A DNA stretch of 27,709 nucleotides from a virus (lineage: Duplodnaviria > Caudoviricetes): positions 1 to 27,709 of IMG/VR virus record IMGVR_UViG_3300011335_000445, one strand, 5' to 3'. Of this stretch, positions 27,467-27,709 are shown piece after piece. Position 1 is the stretch's first letter. Every line of letters begins with the position of its first letter. A model generated the notes under the pieces. It saw only the letters and a list, made by a program, of their open reading frames with translations. It searched no databases and was not told where the DNA came from. A program made the translations under genes and the position numbers.

Positions 27467-27707
27467 TATTAAAGTTCTCTCCACCTATCTGTATACAAGC
27501 TTCAATAGCTAGCATCAATTCACTCTTACTGCAATCAGCAAATGATTTACCATCAAGACCTGAAGCACTTTTGATTAATATTTTCATATCATCAAAACTA
27601 TATCCGGACTCTTTTGCAAGTTCTCTTATACAAGCATGTACCTTTGCAAGTTGTGCTTTACTATGATCTGCATCAGCTAGATCTATATACATTTCCAATT
27701 TTTGATT
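27453..27707 (-). CDS. Hypothetical protein, probably 5'-truncated, weakly NinB-like
   Basis: Frame is open to the window end; QLAKVHACIRELAKESGYSFDDMK...SFADCSKSEL pattern. Confidence 0.55.
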   Translation of the reverse strand, partial: NQKLEMYIDLADADHSKAQLAKVHACIRELAKESGYSFDDMKILIKSASGLDGKSFADCSKSELMLAIEACIQIGGENFNINLH

Positions 27708-27709
27708 TT

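Noticed and set aside
1-27709. Stop-codon reassignment, as in some crAss-like phages
   Set aside because: Genes are full length and tightly packed under the standard code; TAA, TAG and TGA all serve as real stops

Overview
AT-rich fragment of a tailed dsDNA phage genome. Its gene content (PolB, degenerate DnaG primase, short DnaB, AAA_24 ATPase, UDG, MoxR/vWA pair, giant virion-type protein) resembles crAss-like (Crassvirales-related) phages. TAnnTTTG promoter boxes and A-rich, SD-less start regions suggest a Bacteroidota host. Bases 1-8339 (+) hold the 3' part of a protein of at least 2,778 aa with two HExxH domains, a LysM domain and a C-terminal hydrophobic helix. It converges on a long minus-strand replication, recombination and nucleotide-metabolism block. 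The clearest hidden structure is an 836-nt group I (IA2-like) intron at 22835-23670 that splits the AAA_24 gene. It carries an HNH endonuclease with a candidate internal promoter, and that ORF overlaps the ribozyme core. Other highlights: a DUF6878/DUF6915/peptidase-vWA/MoxR/BRCT-like module flanked by two proteins sharing an unnamed ~47-aa segment, a QLSLF clamp-binding motif at the PolB C-terminus, and very strong CpG depletion. All family calls are by-eye motif recognition; no searches were run.
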